Positions 43,863 to 55,419 of a stretch of DNA of 64,000 nt are shown here, in pieces (position 1 is the stretch's first letter; each line of letters opens with the position of its first letter). The stretch is taken from NCBI RefSeq assembly GCF_055900595.2, contig NZ_CM148325.1; one strand, written 5' to 3'. The notes under the pieces are model-generated. The model did no database searches, had not been told where the DNA came from, and worked only from the letters and a program-made list of their open reading frames with translations. A program made the translations under genes and the position numbers.

Positions 43863-44438
43863 TTATTTAATGAACGTAAACGCCGTGGTTACCCGCTTCA
43901 CGCCGCTTACCCGGCTGGCAATATCTGCCGCCGCTTTCGCTTCACGTTCAGTCACCAGCCCCATCAGGAACACTTCACCGTTTTCGGTGGTCACTTTCAC
44001 GTTGGACGATTTCACCAGGTCGCTGGTTAAGAGCTGCGAACGCACTTTGGTGGTGATCCACGTATCGTTAGACGCTTCGCCCAGACCAATCGGCTGGCCC
44101 TGACGAATCTCGTTATACACTTCGTTGGCACCGTCTACGCCCATAGCAATCTGTTTGGCGCGAGCCGAAAGTTCAGCGTTTGGTGACTGCCCAACCAGCA
44201 GCACTTTGCCCTGATAGGCCGTTACATTAATGCGAGCTTCTTTCTTGATTTGTTCGTCTTTCGACAATGCGCTGTTCACGCGCACTTCCAGGGTTCCATC
44301 ATCCACCTGGGTGCCGACACTGCGTGGGTCAGTTGCGGCTTTTGTACCCACAGCCGCGGTGCCCACTACGGCGGCAGCAACGCAACCTTGCAACAGCAGT
44401 GCGGAAATAAGGACTGCGATTGGCGATAATGCCTTCAT
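43863..44438 (-). CDS. dolP: BON-domain outer membrane lipoprotein DolP (YraP)
   Basis: 191 aa ORF with lipobox LLLQGCVAAA. Confidence 0.9.
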   Translation of the reverse strand: MKALSPIAVLISALLLQGCVAAAVVGTAAVGTKAATDPRSVGTQVDDGTLEVRVNSALSKDEQIKKEARINVTAYQGKVLLVGQSPNAELSARAKQIAMGVDGANEVYNEIRQGQPIGLGEASNDTWITTKVRSQLLTSDLVKSSNVKVTTENGEVFLMGLVTEREAKAAADIASRVSGVKRVTTAFTFIK

Positions 44439-44447
44439 GTATTCTCC

Positions 44448-45038
44448 TTAAACATCCTGGTGAGGGAAAAGCGTGTTATCGATCAGATCGCACAAGCAAT
44501 TTACCGTCAGCATATGCATTTCCTGAATGCGAGCACTACGATGCGAAGGAATGCGGATCTCCACATCCTGTGGCCCTAACAACCCTGCAAGTTCACCGCC
44601 GTCATAGCCAGTCAATGCCACAATGGTCATATCACGCGTAACAGCAGCTTCTACTGCTTTTACGATATCGCGGCTGTTGCCACGGGTGGAAATGGCTAAC
44701 AACACATCTCCCGCATGCCCCAGCGCCCGCACCTGTTTTGCATACACTTCATCATGTAAGCGATCGTTGGCAATCGCCGTTAAGACAACATTATCAGTAT
44801 TTAGTGCAATGGCAGGTAAGCTGGGCCGCTCCGTTTCGAAACGGTTGATCATGCTGGCAGCAAAATGCTGTGCATTGGCAGCGGAAGTTCCATTACCACA
44901 ACAGAGGATTTTGTTGCCATTGAGCAGAGACTGAACCAGCGTCATGGCTGCACGGGAGATGGCATCCGGAAGCGCCTCTGCTGCCGCAATTTGAGTTTGA
45001 ATGCTTTCAGTGAAGCAAGCTTTAATTCGTTCTTGCAC
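44448..45038 (-). CDS. diaA: DnaA initiator-associating protein DiaA (SIS domain)
   Basis: 196 aa [27 protein letters not shown]... Confidence 0.9.
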
Positions 45039-45057
45039 GCTAATCCTTAAACCTTAA

Positions 45058-45453
45058 TTATGAGTGGTCATTAAAGGCATCCTTAATCCACTCAACTTCA
45101 TTCCCGGTGAAGGCTACCACATCGAACCGGCAATCCACAGTATCAAAACTCCCATTATGACGCGCGAGCCACAAGCGGGCAGTCTGTAATAATTTGTGTT
45201 GTTTGCTGCGGGTCACACTGGCTGCCGCACCACCGTAAAGGGCTGAGCGGCGGTAACGCACCTCGACAAAAACGGTGGTCCTGCCTTCACGCATTATCAG
45301 ATCGATCTCGCCGCCACGCTCGTTCACGTTAGCGGCGACAAACCGCAGTCCTTTGCTCTCCAGCCAGCGACGCGCTTGTGCTTCCCACGCATCGCCGGTC
45401 TGTTTAGTGGTTAACTGGCGGGGACTACCTGACCTTGTTGGTACTGTAGCCAT
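45058..45453 (-). CDS. yraN: UPF0102 protein YraN
   Basis: 131 aa ORF; its 5' end overlaps the 3' end of lpoA. Confidence 0.85.
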   Translation of the reverse strand: MATVPTRSGSPRQLTTKQTGDAWEAQARRWLESKGLRFVAANVNERGGEIDLIMREGRTTVFVEVRYRRSALYGGAAASVTRSKQHKLLQTARLWLARHNGSFDTVDCRFDVVAFTGNEVEWIKDAFNDHS

Positions 45454-47447
45454 GATAACTTCCTGTTAATTACGCAATCCGGGTTAGCCGTCAGACTTCC
45501 GGTATTACCGTTGATTTCGAAACCCTGAACCTGGCGCATCTGTGAGAAATGATTTGCCAACGACCAGGCATCAACGCCCATCGCATACATGCGAGCCAGC
45601 GAATAATCGTTATTCACCGCACTGAGCGCCTGCTGCATTAATGGCAGATTACCGCCTGCCAGCATCGGGATTTCGCTATATTGCAAACCTTCCATTTCCA
45701 GACGGAAATCCGGACCCGCGGTGCCTTGTGCGCTGCGGGAACTGGCGTACAGCGTTGCACCACTCTGGCTACCGTTACGCATGGCGATCATCGGTTTGAT
45801 AAAAGCGATTTCACCCGGCGTTGCCACAATGTACACCGCATCGACACGACCGCCATTATTGGTGAACTGGTCATCGGTTGGCGTGGTTTGCAGCATTGGA
45901 TTGTTGGTCGTTATGCCTGAATCGGTTGTCGCTCTGGGAGTAATCGGGCTACCGGTTAAAGCGATACCAGAACCACCGTTAACTCCCGCGCGTAATTCGC
46001 TGGTGGAACCAAATTTTTGTTGCAAAACGGTGCCGCCGCCCAGCTTCTGCCACTCTTGCGCAAACGCATTGGCTACGCGATCGCCCAGCGAACTGCGAGG
46101 GATCAGCACCAGTGGCGCTTGTTTACCCTGGTCACGAATATGACGCGCTGCATCGCGCGCTTCGTCTTCCGGTGAAAGCGCGAAGTAACAAATATTGACG
46201 CGGTTTTCGATATTTTCCGGCTGGTTCAGTGCCAGCACGTTCAGCGGGGTGTTGCTTTTCAGTAACTCTTCAACGTTATTTTTCAGCAACGGACCGACCA
46301 CAATACTCGCGCCATCCTGCTGAACCTGGCTTAATATCTGGCTAAGCGGTTGTGATGAGGTATCATAAATTTTCAGCTCTGCGGATGGATTCGCGGGGGC
46401 GCTTACCGCCGCAGTGCTTGCCGCCGGGGCGCTTACAGGCACTGGTTGAGCCGCGGTTTCTTCGCCTGTCAGATCGCTAACCGAGGCTTGTGCCGGGCTG
46501 GCAACGCCGTCAACAGTTTGCTGCAGGGGTTGTTCTGCAACGTCTGCGATTGGTGCGGCAGTTGCCTGTGCCGCCACTGGCTGAGTGCCGATATTTTTCG
46601 CCGCTTCAAAGCCTTGCTGAATAGTGCGACCAAATACCGCTGCCTGGCCATTCAGTGGCAACAGCAGGGCGATTTTGTTGGTTGACGCTGGTTTAAATGC
46701 TTTTACGTTTACCAACTGCGTAGGCAGCATTTTCGCGCCCGGGTTGTTCGGATAACGTTTCTGCCAGTCGGCGATCCCAGCTTTCATCATGCCGGGATCG
46801 TTACGGTTATCAAACCAGACGCGCTGCAGATCAAGCCAGCCTTGCAGAATATTTTCGTCGGCGTTGATCACCAGCGTATTCGCCTGGTCCTGAGTCATGG
46901 AGGAGAGTGCCTGCCATGTAGCATCAATATTCTGTTGCTTTTCTTTCGCGCCGAGCAGGGGTTCCTGAGCAATTAAGGCGCGCAGTAAATCAATGGAAGG
47001 ACGCCCCTGACTGGCATCGATTTTTGCCTGCCAGTAACGCGCCTGCTGGTTTTGATCTAAATCGGCAGGTGTGATTTTCGCCAGCAGGGTTTGTGCGCCA
47101 GCAAAATCTTTCTGCGCCAGCTTAATTTCTACTGCCAGAAGAGTTTTCTCGCGACGCTGGTAATCGTTCAGTTCCTGCGGCAGTTGGTTAAACAGCTCCA
47201 CCGCCTGCCCGGTTTTACCTTCTTTCACCAGTGCACGAATGGCGAGTAATTGCCAGTTGATCCTGGTATCATCAGCGCTTTGCTGCATCTGCTGAAGATA
47301 AAAGGCAGAATCAGCCTGCGCCGTGCCCTGCATATAGGCAGTGGACTGATCGGGAGTATGGGTGCCACAACCGGCGAAAATCAGGGCTGCCAGAACAACA
47401 GGCAGACAACGCGCGGCTTTCAAACGAGAAAATGTTGAGGGTACCAT
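45411..47447 (-). CDS. lpoA: Outer membrane lipoprotein activator of PBP1A, LpoA
   Basis: ATG at 47447 gives [28 protein letters not shown]..., 678 aa. Confidence 0.9.
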   Translation of the reverse strand: MVPSTFSRLKAARCLPVVLAALIFAGCGTHTPDQSTAYMQGTAQADSAFYLQQMQQSADDTRINWQLLAIRALVKEGKTGQAVELFNQLPQELNDYQRREKTLLAVEIKLAQKDFAGAQTLLAKITPADLDQNQQARYWQAKIDASQGRPSIDLLRALIAQEPLLGAKEKQQNIDATWQALSSMTQDQANTLVINADENILQGWLDLQRVWFDNRNDPGMMKAGIADWQKRYPNNPGAKMLPTQLVNVKAFKPASTNKIALLLPLNGQAAVFGRTIQQGFEAAKNIGTQPVAAQATAAPIADVAEQPLQQTVDGVASPAQASVSDLTGEETAAQPVPVSAPAASTAAVSAPANPSAELKIYDTSSQPLSQILSQVQQDGASIVVGPLLKNNVEELLKSNTPLNVLALNQPENIENRVNICYFALSPEDEARDAARHIRDQGKQAPLVLIPRSSLGDRVANAFAQEWQKLGGGTVLQQKFGSTSELRAGVNGGSGIALTGSPITPRATTDSGITTNNPMLQTTPTDDQFTNNGGRVDAVYIVATPGEIAFIKPMIAMRNGSQSGATLYASSRSAQGTAGPDFRLEMEGLQYSEIPMLAGGNLPLMQQALSAVNNDYSLARMYAMGVDAWSLANHFSQMRQVQGFEINGNTGSLTANPDCVINRKLSWLQYQQGQVVPAS

Positions 47448-47511
47448 AATGTATCCAGTGATATTTTTTTTACGCAATGCTCAATATTAAATCGGCAATA
47501 CGGACGACACA

Positions 47512-48375
47512 ATGAAACAACACCAATCGGCGGATAATTCTCAGGGCCAGCTTTACATTGTACCGACGCCAATCGGCAATCTGGCAGATATCACCCAGCG
47601 TGCGTTGGAGGTTTTACAGGCCGTTGATCTGATTGCCGCCGAGGATACGCGTCATACCGGTTTACTGCTGCAACATTTTGGAATTAACGCCAGGTTGTTC
47701 GCCTTGCACGACCATAACGAACAACAGAAAGCCGAAACGTTACTGGCGAAGCTGCAGGAAGGGCAAAACATTGCGCTGGTGTCCGATGCCGGAACGCCAC
47801 TGATTAACGATCCCGGCTATCATCTGGTGCGTACCTGCCGAGAAGCGGGGATTCGCGTGGTGCCACTACCGGGGCCGTGTGCTGCTATCACTGCATTAAG
47901 TGCTGCGGGTTTACCATCCGATCGTTTTTGTTATGAAGGTTTCCTGCCTGCCAAATCAAAAGGCCGTCGTGATGCGCTAAAAGCCATTGAAGCGGAGCCG
48001 CGTACGCTGATTTTTTATGAATCCACCCACCGTCTGTTAGATAGCCTGGAAGATATCGTTGCTGTGCTGGGTGAGTCCCGTTACGTGGTGCTGGCGCGTG
48101 AGCTCACCAAAACCTGGGAAACCATTCACGGCGCGCCCGTTGGCGAGCTGCTGGCGTGGGTCAAAGAAGATGAAAACCGTCGCAAAGGTGAAATGGTGCT
48201 GATTGTTGAAGGCCATAAAGCACAGGAAGAAGACTTACCTGCCGATGCCCTGCGCACGCTGGCGTTGTTACAGGCTGAGCTTCCGCTGAAGAAAGCGGCG
48301 GCGCTGGCAGCAGAGATTCACGGCGTGAAAAAAAACGCGCTGTATAAGTATGCGCTGGAACAGCAGGGGGAGTGA
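47512..48375 (+). CDS. rsmI: 16S rRNA C1402 2'-O-methyltransferase RsmI
   Basis: 287 aa ORF divergent from lpoA. Confidence 0.9.
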
Positions 48376-48379
48376 TTAC

Positions 48380-48412
48380 AGGCGTCGCAGCAAGAATAGA
48401 GCTGCAACGCCT
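48380..48412. terminator. Palindrome between convergent rsmI and agaI (candidate bidirectional terminator)
   Basis: ggcgtcgcagc-aagaataga-gctgcaacgcc imperfect inverted repeat filling the 49-bp gap. Confidence 0.4.
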
Positions 48413-48424
48413 ACACCGGGCGAT

Positions 48425-49192
48425 TTAACGACGACACATCTCATCAATCATGCATGTGAAATAGTTATGCAGCCATAAAAACGAAGCCGGGATAGCGGTA
48501 GAGACTTTAGCCGTGAGAAAACGTTCTGTCGCATCCTGCTTTCCTTCGCCAGTTATCAGTAACAAAACTTCGCGGGCATTGAGAATATCCTTCAGGCCTA
48601 AAGTGATCCCACGAGTCACGGGGCGACCCGCGGTTTTTAACATCTCATGTTGTTGCGTTCTGGTATCAAGCTGGCTGATATGGCTTGCTGGTTGCAGACT
48701 TTCTCCCGGTTCGTTCAGCCCAAGATGGCCGTTTTTTCCCAATCCGAGAACGCATAAATCCAGACCGCCTTTGCGCGCAATCAGGTTCGTTACCCGTTCG
48801 CACTCTGTCTCATTTATCTCTTCAGAGCGAAAGCTGATGAGCTGGTCTTCACGTAGCCCCAGCGGCTGCACGATATGCTGTTGAAGGAAAGTTTCGCAGG
48901 TGCCAGGCATCGTTAATGGCAGATCCACCCATTCGTCGAGCTTCACGAAGGTCAGTTGGCTGACATCAACCTGCTGCTGGTGGATTTTTTCTACCAGATA
49001 ATGATACGTCAGTAATGGCGTGGCTCCGGTCGCCAGGCAAATCACGGCATCCGGTTTGCTACGGATCACGGCCAATAAATATTCGCTGGCACGTTCACTT
49101 AACGCCGTATAGTTTTCAACTTGTTGAAGGGTTTGCACAGGATGAAATTCCTTTAGTAAAGAGGCACCACCAGACGCAGTGCCTCGTTCCAT
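48425..49192 (-). CDS. agaI: Galactosamine-6-phosphate deaminase/isomerase AgaI (NagB family)
   Basis: 255 aa ORF; last gene of the agaS-kbaY-agaBCDI block; ATG directly follows agaD stop. Confidence 0.85.
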   Translation of the reverse strand: MERGTASGGASLLKEFHPVQTLQQVENYTALSERASEYLLAVIRSKPDAVICLATGATPLLTYHYLVEKIHQQQVDVSQLTFVKLDEWVDLPLTMPGTCETFLQQHIVQPLGLREDQLISFRSEEINETECERVTNLIARKGGLDLCVLGLGKNGHLGLNEPGESLQPASHISQLDTRTQQHEMLKTAGRPVTRGITLGLKDILNAREVLLLITGEGKQDATERFLTAKVSTAIPASFLWLHNYFTCMIDEMCRR

Positions 49193-49984
49193 TTACAAAA
49201 TGCCGAATGCGGAACAAACAATAGAGAGCACAAAAGTCACGCCGATTAACAGCACCGGATGCGCTTTTTTCACCCGCAGGAAGTAATACATCAGCAGGGT
49301 GTAGGCCATCGGTAAAATGTTCGGGAAGACTTTATCGAAGAAATCCTGCTGCAGCGCGACGCTGTGGGTACTGTCGATGGCAAACGATGTCACCACGTTA
49401 ATATGCACATACGAAGCGATCAGCCCGCCGATTACCGTGATCCCGAGGATGGTTGCCGAACGAGCAATCATCTGCGAGTTCTCTCGCACTTTATCGATCG
49501 CCTTCACGCCGACTGAATAACCGACGTGGGTCCAGCCGACGCGCAGGAAGAAGATAAGCAGGTAAACGGCGAAAAATAGAATCGGCCCCAGCAAGTTTCC
49601 CTGGCTGGCAAATGATGAGCAAATTCCCGCCATAATCGGCAATAAGGTAAACCAGAAAATCGCATCGCCAATCCCGGCGATTGGGCCAAACAGTGCCACT
49701 TTGAGGCCTTTAATGGTGTCGCGGTTTTCTCCTTTTTCTTCCATCGAAATTAATAACCCCATCAGGAATCCGACCAGATTCGGGTGGGTATTAATAAATT
49801 CGAGATTATCTTTCATCGCCGCGCTTAGGCCCGGTTTGTCGTCCTTATAAATCTTTTTCAGGATCGGCAACATCGCCCAGGTAAAACCTCCCGCCTGCAT
49901 CCTTTCGTAGTTAAAGCTCGCTTGCAGGAGTGACGAACGAAAGCCCAGACGGGTGATATCTTTTTTACTGATTTCAGATCCCAT
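49193..49984 (-). CDS. agaD: PTS galactosamine-specific EIID component AgaD
   Basis: ATG at 49984 gives MGSEISKKDITRLGFRSSLLQASFNYERMQ..., 263 aa; ORF-track start 50131 is an extension inside agaC. Confidence 0.85.
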   Translation of the reverse strand: MGSEISKKDITRLGFRSSLLQASFNYERMQAGGFTWAMLPILKKIYKDDKPGLSAAMKDNLEFINTHPNLVGFLMGLLISMEEKGENRDTIKGLKVALFGPIAGIGDAIFWFTLLPIMAGICSSFASQGNLLGPILFFAVYLLIFFLRVGWTHVGYSVGVKAIDKVRENSQMIARSATILGITVIGGLIASYVHINVVTSFAIDSTHSVALQQDFFDKVFPNILPMAYTLLMYYFLRVKKAHPVLLIGVTFVLSIVCSAFGIL

Positions 49985-50777
49985 TGCTGTAGTCCTCTTC
50001 TTCATTTTTACTGGCAACGGGCTGCGGTTGCGCTTGCTGCCGGGATTTCGCATTGAAAAACTCATACACCGCAAAGCCTGCACCCAGTACGGCAACTGGC
50101 AACAGGTTGCTGACCTGGATGTAGCAAACAAACAAGAAACCGGCGATCAGGTAAGGGATATATTGCGCTTTGAACATCACGCGCAGCAGCAGGCCAAAAC
50201 CAACGGCAGGCAGAATGCCGCCAGCCACTTCAAAGCCGTGGGTCAGCCAGGCGGGCATCGCTTTCACCAGCGCCTGCATCGCCCCTTGCGCCAGGTAAGT
50301 ACAGAGGAAAGCAATCACCGCATACGCTGAAGCGACGATGAGCATCGTTGTCCAGTTAAGTCGGGAAAACGCTGCTGTATCCGCCTCTTTCGCACATTTA
50401 TCGGCTTTGGTCATAAATAATGAGAATGCCGAATAGAAGAACAGAATGACGTACTGCATTAACAAACTAAACGGCAGACCAAGGCCAATTGCCGTTTTGG
50501 CATCGACGCCAGTAGACCACGCAATGACGGTAGTCATCAGACCCGCCATAATTGGGTTGGGCGGCTGTACACCACCTGCGGGGGTTAATCCGGCGAAAGC
50601 CAGTTCTGTTAGGCCACCGGTAATTAAGCCAGTCTGAATATCACCGAGAATAGCACCTGTAAGGGTACAAACGATTATCGGGCGGAATAAAAATAAGGCT
50701 TCCAGCCAAAAATCAATCCCCAGAACGAAAACTAACGCCGCCAGGGATAATCCCTGAATTAGGGTTATTTCATGCAT
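49974..50777 (-). CDS. agaC: PTS galactosamine-specific EIIC component AgaC
   Basis: 267 aa mannose-family EIIC. Confidence 0.9.
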   Translation of the reverse strand: MHEITLIQGLSLAALVFVLGIDFWLEALFLFRPIIVCTLTGAILGDIQTGLITGGLTELAFAGLTPAGGVQPPNPIMAGLMTTVIAWSTGVDAKTAIGLGLPFSLLMQYVILFFYSAFSLFMTKADKCAKEADTAAFSRLNWTTMLIVASAYAVIAFLCTYLAQGAMQALVKAMPAWLTHGFEVAGGILPAVGFGLLLRVMFKAQYIPYLIAGFLFVCYIQVSNLLPVAVLGAGFAVYEFFNAKSRQQAQPQPVASKNEEEDYSNGI

Positions 50778-50816
50778 TTTTATTACCTCAAACCAGTATT
50801 AAGGCGATTTTTGAAT

Positions 50817-51293
50817 TTAGTCAGGGATTTGTTCTTTTTGATCGCCGGGGACGTCCTGAATAAAAATATTCACACCGCGTTGTTTAATAAAGCGTAAGTC
50901 CGCGAGATCTTGATCGTCGATATAAACTTTACTGCTGATTTGCTTTTTACCTTCCGAGAAATGCATATTGCCGACGTTGACATCTTTCAGGTCAATGCCA
51001 CCTTCTATCAATTTACGTACCGTTTGCGGCGTACGGCAAATCAAGAAGATTTTCTGATGCGGTGCAGCTTTGCCGATGACGTTAATGGTTTTTTCGATAG
51101 TAAAGAAACGAATGCCAAAGCCGTAGGTTTCCGCGGTAATACCCATTAATTTTTGTTGAATATCATCGTTAGCGACAACATCATCCACGACTACCAGCAG
51201 ATTTGCACCGATGGTAGATGTCCAGGTCACACCAACCTGACCGTGAACCAGACGGTTATCAATACGGGTTAAGAGAATATTTGGACTGCTCAT
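50817..51293 (-). CDS. agaB: PTS galactosamine-specific EIIB component AgaB
   Basis: 158 aa mannose-family EIIB. Confidence 0.9.
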   Translation of the reverse strand: MSSPNILLTRIDNRLVHGQVGVTWTSTIGANLLVVVDDVVANDDIQQKLMGITAETYGFGIRFFTIEKTINVIGKAAPHQKIFLICRTPQTVRKLIEGGIDLKDVNVGNMHFSEGKKQISSKVYIDDQDLADLRFIKQRGVNIFIQDVPGDQKEQIPD

Positions 51294-51459
51294 TGTGTAA
51301 TCCTCACCATAAAGTTGAATAATATAATTTTTTTAAATATATTATTGTTGCGATATTTTACTGATGTATTTATTAAGGTTTAGTTATCTCCTTTACCATT
51401 AAGGCACTCCCCGATATTAATCGGGAAGTACATTGGGATAAATCATAAAAAACTAATGA

Positions 51460-52332
<873 letters not shown>

Positions 52333-53487
52333 TTATGCCTGCCACGGATGAATGATTACGCCTTGCACCACACGGTTAACGGTGCCGCTGGCTGATGGGG
52401 TATCCGGCGTATTGCCCATGTGCAGCGACTGCATCAGTGCAAACGTCTGGGCGTACATCAGGAAGCAAAATGCCTGCTCAACGTCGATAAAGTGACGTGA
52501 CGGCGGCAGGATGATATGTGGACCGGCGGTAATAACGTCGTTGCCTTCCGCGGCGATGGCGATTACGCGCATTGCCTGGTTGTCACGGCGGAGTTCTGCC
52601 AGCAGATCAAGATCATACTGACGCGTATAGGGGTGGCTGGAGACAAACACCACCACCAGCGTTTCGTCATCGACCAGTGATTTAGGCCCATGACGGAATC
52701 CGGTCGGGGAATCATAAAAGGCCGCCAGTTTACCCGCCGTCAGTTCCAGTACTTTCAGCGCCGACTCGCGTGCTGCGCCCTGTAAGCCACCGCTGCCGAG
52801 ATAAACGATCCGTTTCCACGGTGCGTAACCAAACACACCTTCGCTGAAATCGCCCAGTGAGGTCAGGATCGCCTGGCAACGATCCGCTACGTCGCGGAAG
52901 GTCTGGCTATTGATTGTCTCAGGTGCGAAAACCGCGAGGCAGCTGGCCATCATAGTGGTAATGCTGCTTGTCATCGCAAAGCCGCGATCGTGCGTTTCTG
53001 CGGGCATCAGCAGGGCAAACGCGTTGTCGCTGTTGATCGCGTTTTGGTAAAGAGCGCCCGCTTCGTTGCAGGTGATCGGCAGGTGATAGCATTCCGGTAC
53101 AAACTGATTCGCCAGTTCCACGGCGGCGACGCTTTCCGGGCTGTTGCCAGATCGACCGAAGGAGATCAACAGCAGTGGATGCGCTGGGTTCAGGTATTCC
53201 ATTGGATTGGTGACCAGATCGGTGGTCGGTACGGCGCTGACGTTTTTGCCGGTATGGCTGGCAAGCCACGGCGCGATGATGTCACCGATAAATGCCGAGG
53301 TTCCGGCTCCGGTCAGAATGATCCGCAGATTCTCTTTGCGCAGTAACGGTTCAAGGAAGTTATTGAGAGCTGTACGTAACGCGTCGATGTTGGTGAGTGA
53401 ACGGATCCATGCGCGAGGCTGATGGCGGATCTCTTCTTCAGTCCATGTGCCGGTGGTGGCGGCCGCTGGGGTGTAATTTTCTGGCAT
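52333..53487 (-). CDS. agaS: SIS-domain sugar-phosphate isomerase/deaminase AgaS
   Basis: 384 aa ORF. Confidence 0.9.
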   Translation of the reverse strand: MPENYTPAAATTGTWTEEEIRHQPRAWIRSLTNIDALRTALNNFLEPLLRKENLRIILTGAGTSAFIGDIIAPWLASHTGKNVSAVPTTDLVTNPMEYLNPAHPLLLISFGRSGNSPESVAAVELANQFVPECYHLPITCNEAGALYQNAINSDNAFALLMPAETHDRGFAMTSSITTMMASCLAVFAPETINSQTFRDVADRCQAILTSLGDFSEGVFGYAPWKRIVYLGSGGLQGAARESALKVLELTAGKLAAFYDSPTGFRHGPKSLVDDETLVVVFVSSHPYTRQYDLDLLAELRRDNQAMRVIAIAAEGNDVITAGPHIILPPSRHFIDVEQAFCFLMYAQTFALMQSLHMGNTPDTPSASGTVNRVVQGVIIHPWQA

Positions 53488-53539
53488 AACTCAATCCTTA
53501 GTCTGATGAACTTGACTTCCGGCATTGCAGGTTTCGCTT

Positions 53540-53660
53540 GCCTTTCGTTTCATTTCACTTGGTGATTCGTTTCGTTGATTAAAATCTATAGAAAAGAAAT
53601 CGAAAGTTCAATGGAGAAAAAAGAAATAAAACGAAATTTGTGATCGTTGAAAGAAAAGAC
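53540..53660 (-). promoter_or_regulatory. agaS promoter region with iterated AgaR operator-like motifs
   Basis: Repeated CTTTCGTTTCATTTC / TTCGTTTCGTT / AAAGAAATCGAAAG / AAAACGAAAT motifs just upstream of agaS. Confidence 0.4.
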
Positions 53661-53837
53661 AAGGGAAGATTAAAGGATTGCGTGATGACGTCGCTATGTG
53701 TACCGATTGCTGGAAGCGGCGTACCGTAGAGCGGATAAGACGCGCCAGCGTCGCATTCGACACCACTGCACAGATTAAAACGAAAGAAAAAGAAAGGCCT
53801 TACGGGGGAAGTGAAGGCCCAATAAAGGAGCAAACCA

Positions 53838-54971
53838 TCAAAACGAAGCTAATTGACCCTGAATCCAGATTTGTTGCACATACAGTCCGCTATTCAGCGC
53901 AACGACGCTGGCGCGTTTGCCCGGTTTAAGTGATCCCAGAACACCATCAACACCCAGCATTCGCGCCGGATGCAGCGATGCCATATGGATGGCTTCCGCA
54001 GGCGTTACGCCCGTCAACTCGACCATGTTGCGCACTGCCGCATCGACAGACAGCGTACTGCCCGCCAGCCCACCGGACGCGGTACGGACAACGCCACCGC
54101 GCATCTGCACTTCTTCACCACATAACGTATATTGACCATCCGGCATCCCGGCTGCCTGCATCGCATCAGTTATCAGCACTATTCTCTCTTTCGCACAGCA
54201 ACAACACAGCGACATCGCCGCCGGATGTACATGATGCCCATCGGCTATCAATTCCAGCCAGGCGCGCTTGTCCGTTAAACCCGCGCCAACCATTCCCGGT
54301 TCGCGGTGATGTAATCCTGTCATCCCGTTATAGCAATGCACCAGGCCGTCTGCGCCAGCATCAAATACGGCGCGGGTTTGTTGCCAGGTTGCTGCGCTAT
54401 GTCCCAGCATTACCCGCACGTTCTGCTGTTTAAGATGACGAATGGCTTGTAACGCGCCCGTTTTTTCCGGTGCCAGCGCCACCACGCGCAAGGTATGCCG
54501 TGAAACAGCAATCAATTGATCCAGCTCGGCAATTTCCAGCTCGCGAAACAGCTCCGGCGGATGTGCGCCTTTATTCTGCGGCGTGAAGTACGGTCCTTCG
54601 AGATAACTCCCCAGCACTTGCGCACCAGGTCCACCGCGCTGGCAGCGTAGAGCAATACGTTCCAGCGCCGCATGAATGGTATTAAGCGGCGCGGTTACGG
54701 TAGTCGGCAACCAACTGCCGACACCTTCCCGTGCCTTGTGCATTGCCAGCTTGTCGAGCACATCCGGCGCGTCATCCATAACATCAACGCCCGCACCACC
54801 GTGTACATGGGTATCGATATAAGCGGGGCAGAGCAGTTCCGCATCGCGTTCAGTCACGCCCACTGGAATCGGTTCGATTGCTGCAATTACACCGTCAGCA
54901 ATATGCAACTGATGATCATCAAGCCAGCCCTCCTCAGTCAGCAGTCTTCTGGCGCGCAGAACGTGTGTCAT
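53838..54971 (-). CDS. agaA: N-acetylgalactosamine-6-phosphate deacetylase AgaA (full length)
   Basis: ATG at 54971 gives MTHVLRARRLLTEEGWLDD..., about 377 aa NagA-like amidohydrolase; uninterrupted. Confidence 0.85.
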   Translation of the reverse strand: MTHVLRARRLLTEEGWLDDHQLHIADGVIAAIEPIPVGVTERDAELLCPAYIDTHVHGGAGVDVMDDAPDVLDKLAMHKAREGVGSWLPTTVTAPLNTIHAALERIALRCQRGGPGAQVLGSYLEGPYFTPQNKGAHPPELFRELEIAELDQLIAVSRHTLRVVALAPEKTGALQAIRHLKQQNVRVMLGHSAATWQQTRAVFDAGADGLVHCYNGMTGLHHREPGMVGAGLTDKRAWLELIADGHHVHPAAMSLCCCCAKERIVLITDAMQAAGMPDGQYTLCGEEVQMRGGVVRTASGGLAGSTLSVDAAVRNMVELTGVTPAEAIHMASLHPARMLGVDGVLGSLKPGKRASVVALNSGLYVQQIWIQGQLASF

Positions 54972-55402
54972 ATTCCTTCCTCGACCGGACATTCTTCATG
55001 GCAGCGGCCTAACTCGTCTACCAGACTGGTCAGCCCACGGTGTCCACACTCCAGCGCCTGCACACGGAATTCTTCACCGCTTAACCCTTCGCGCTCCAGC
55101 ACCATTTCCAGTAACAGTTGCAAATTGGTGCCGGTGATCACTTCATAGCCCGGTTTTTGCATCGCCAGCGTTGAAGCCACGCGAAACGGTGTGCCGCCCA
55201 GCAAATCTGTCAGAAAAACAATGCCGTCTTCACAATCCAGTTGGGCGATGGCTTCTTCAAGCTGCGATGTAAGCAGCGCAGTGCTTGAGGTTTCCGGAAA
55301 ATCAATGGCGATAAACTGCGACTGCTCGCCGAGGATTTGCTTCATTGCTTTTTCCATGCCGCTGGCAAATCCGCCATGCCCTGTCAAAATAATACTTAAC
55401 AT
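54968..55402 (-). CDS. agaF: PTS N-acetylgalactosamine/galactosamine EIIA component AgaF
   Basis: 144 aa mannose-family EIIA. Confidence 0.85.
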   Translation of the reverse strand: MLSIILTGHGGFASGMEKAMKQILGEQSQFIAIDFPETSSTALLTSQLEEAIAQLDCEDGIVFLTDLLGGTPFRVASTLAMQKPGYEVITGTNLQLLLEMVLEREGLSGEEFRVQALECGHRGLTSLVDELGRCHEECPVEEGI

Positions 55403-55419
55403 CTAATACCTCATTGTAT

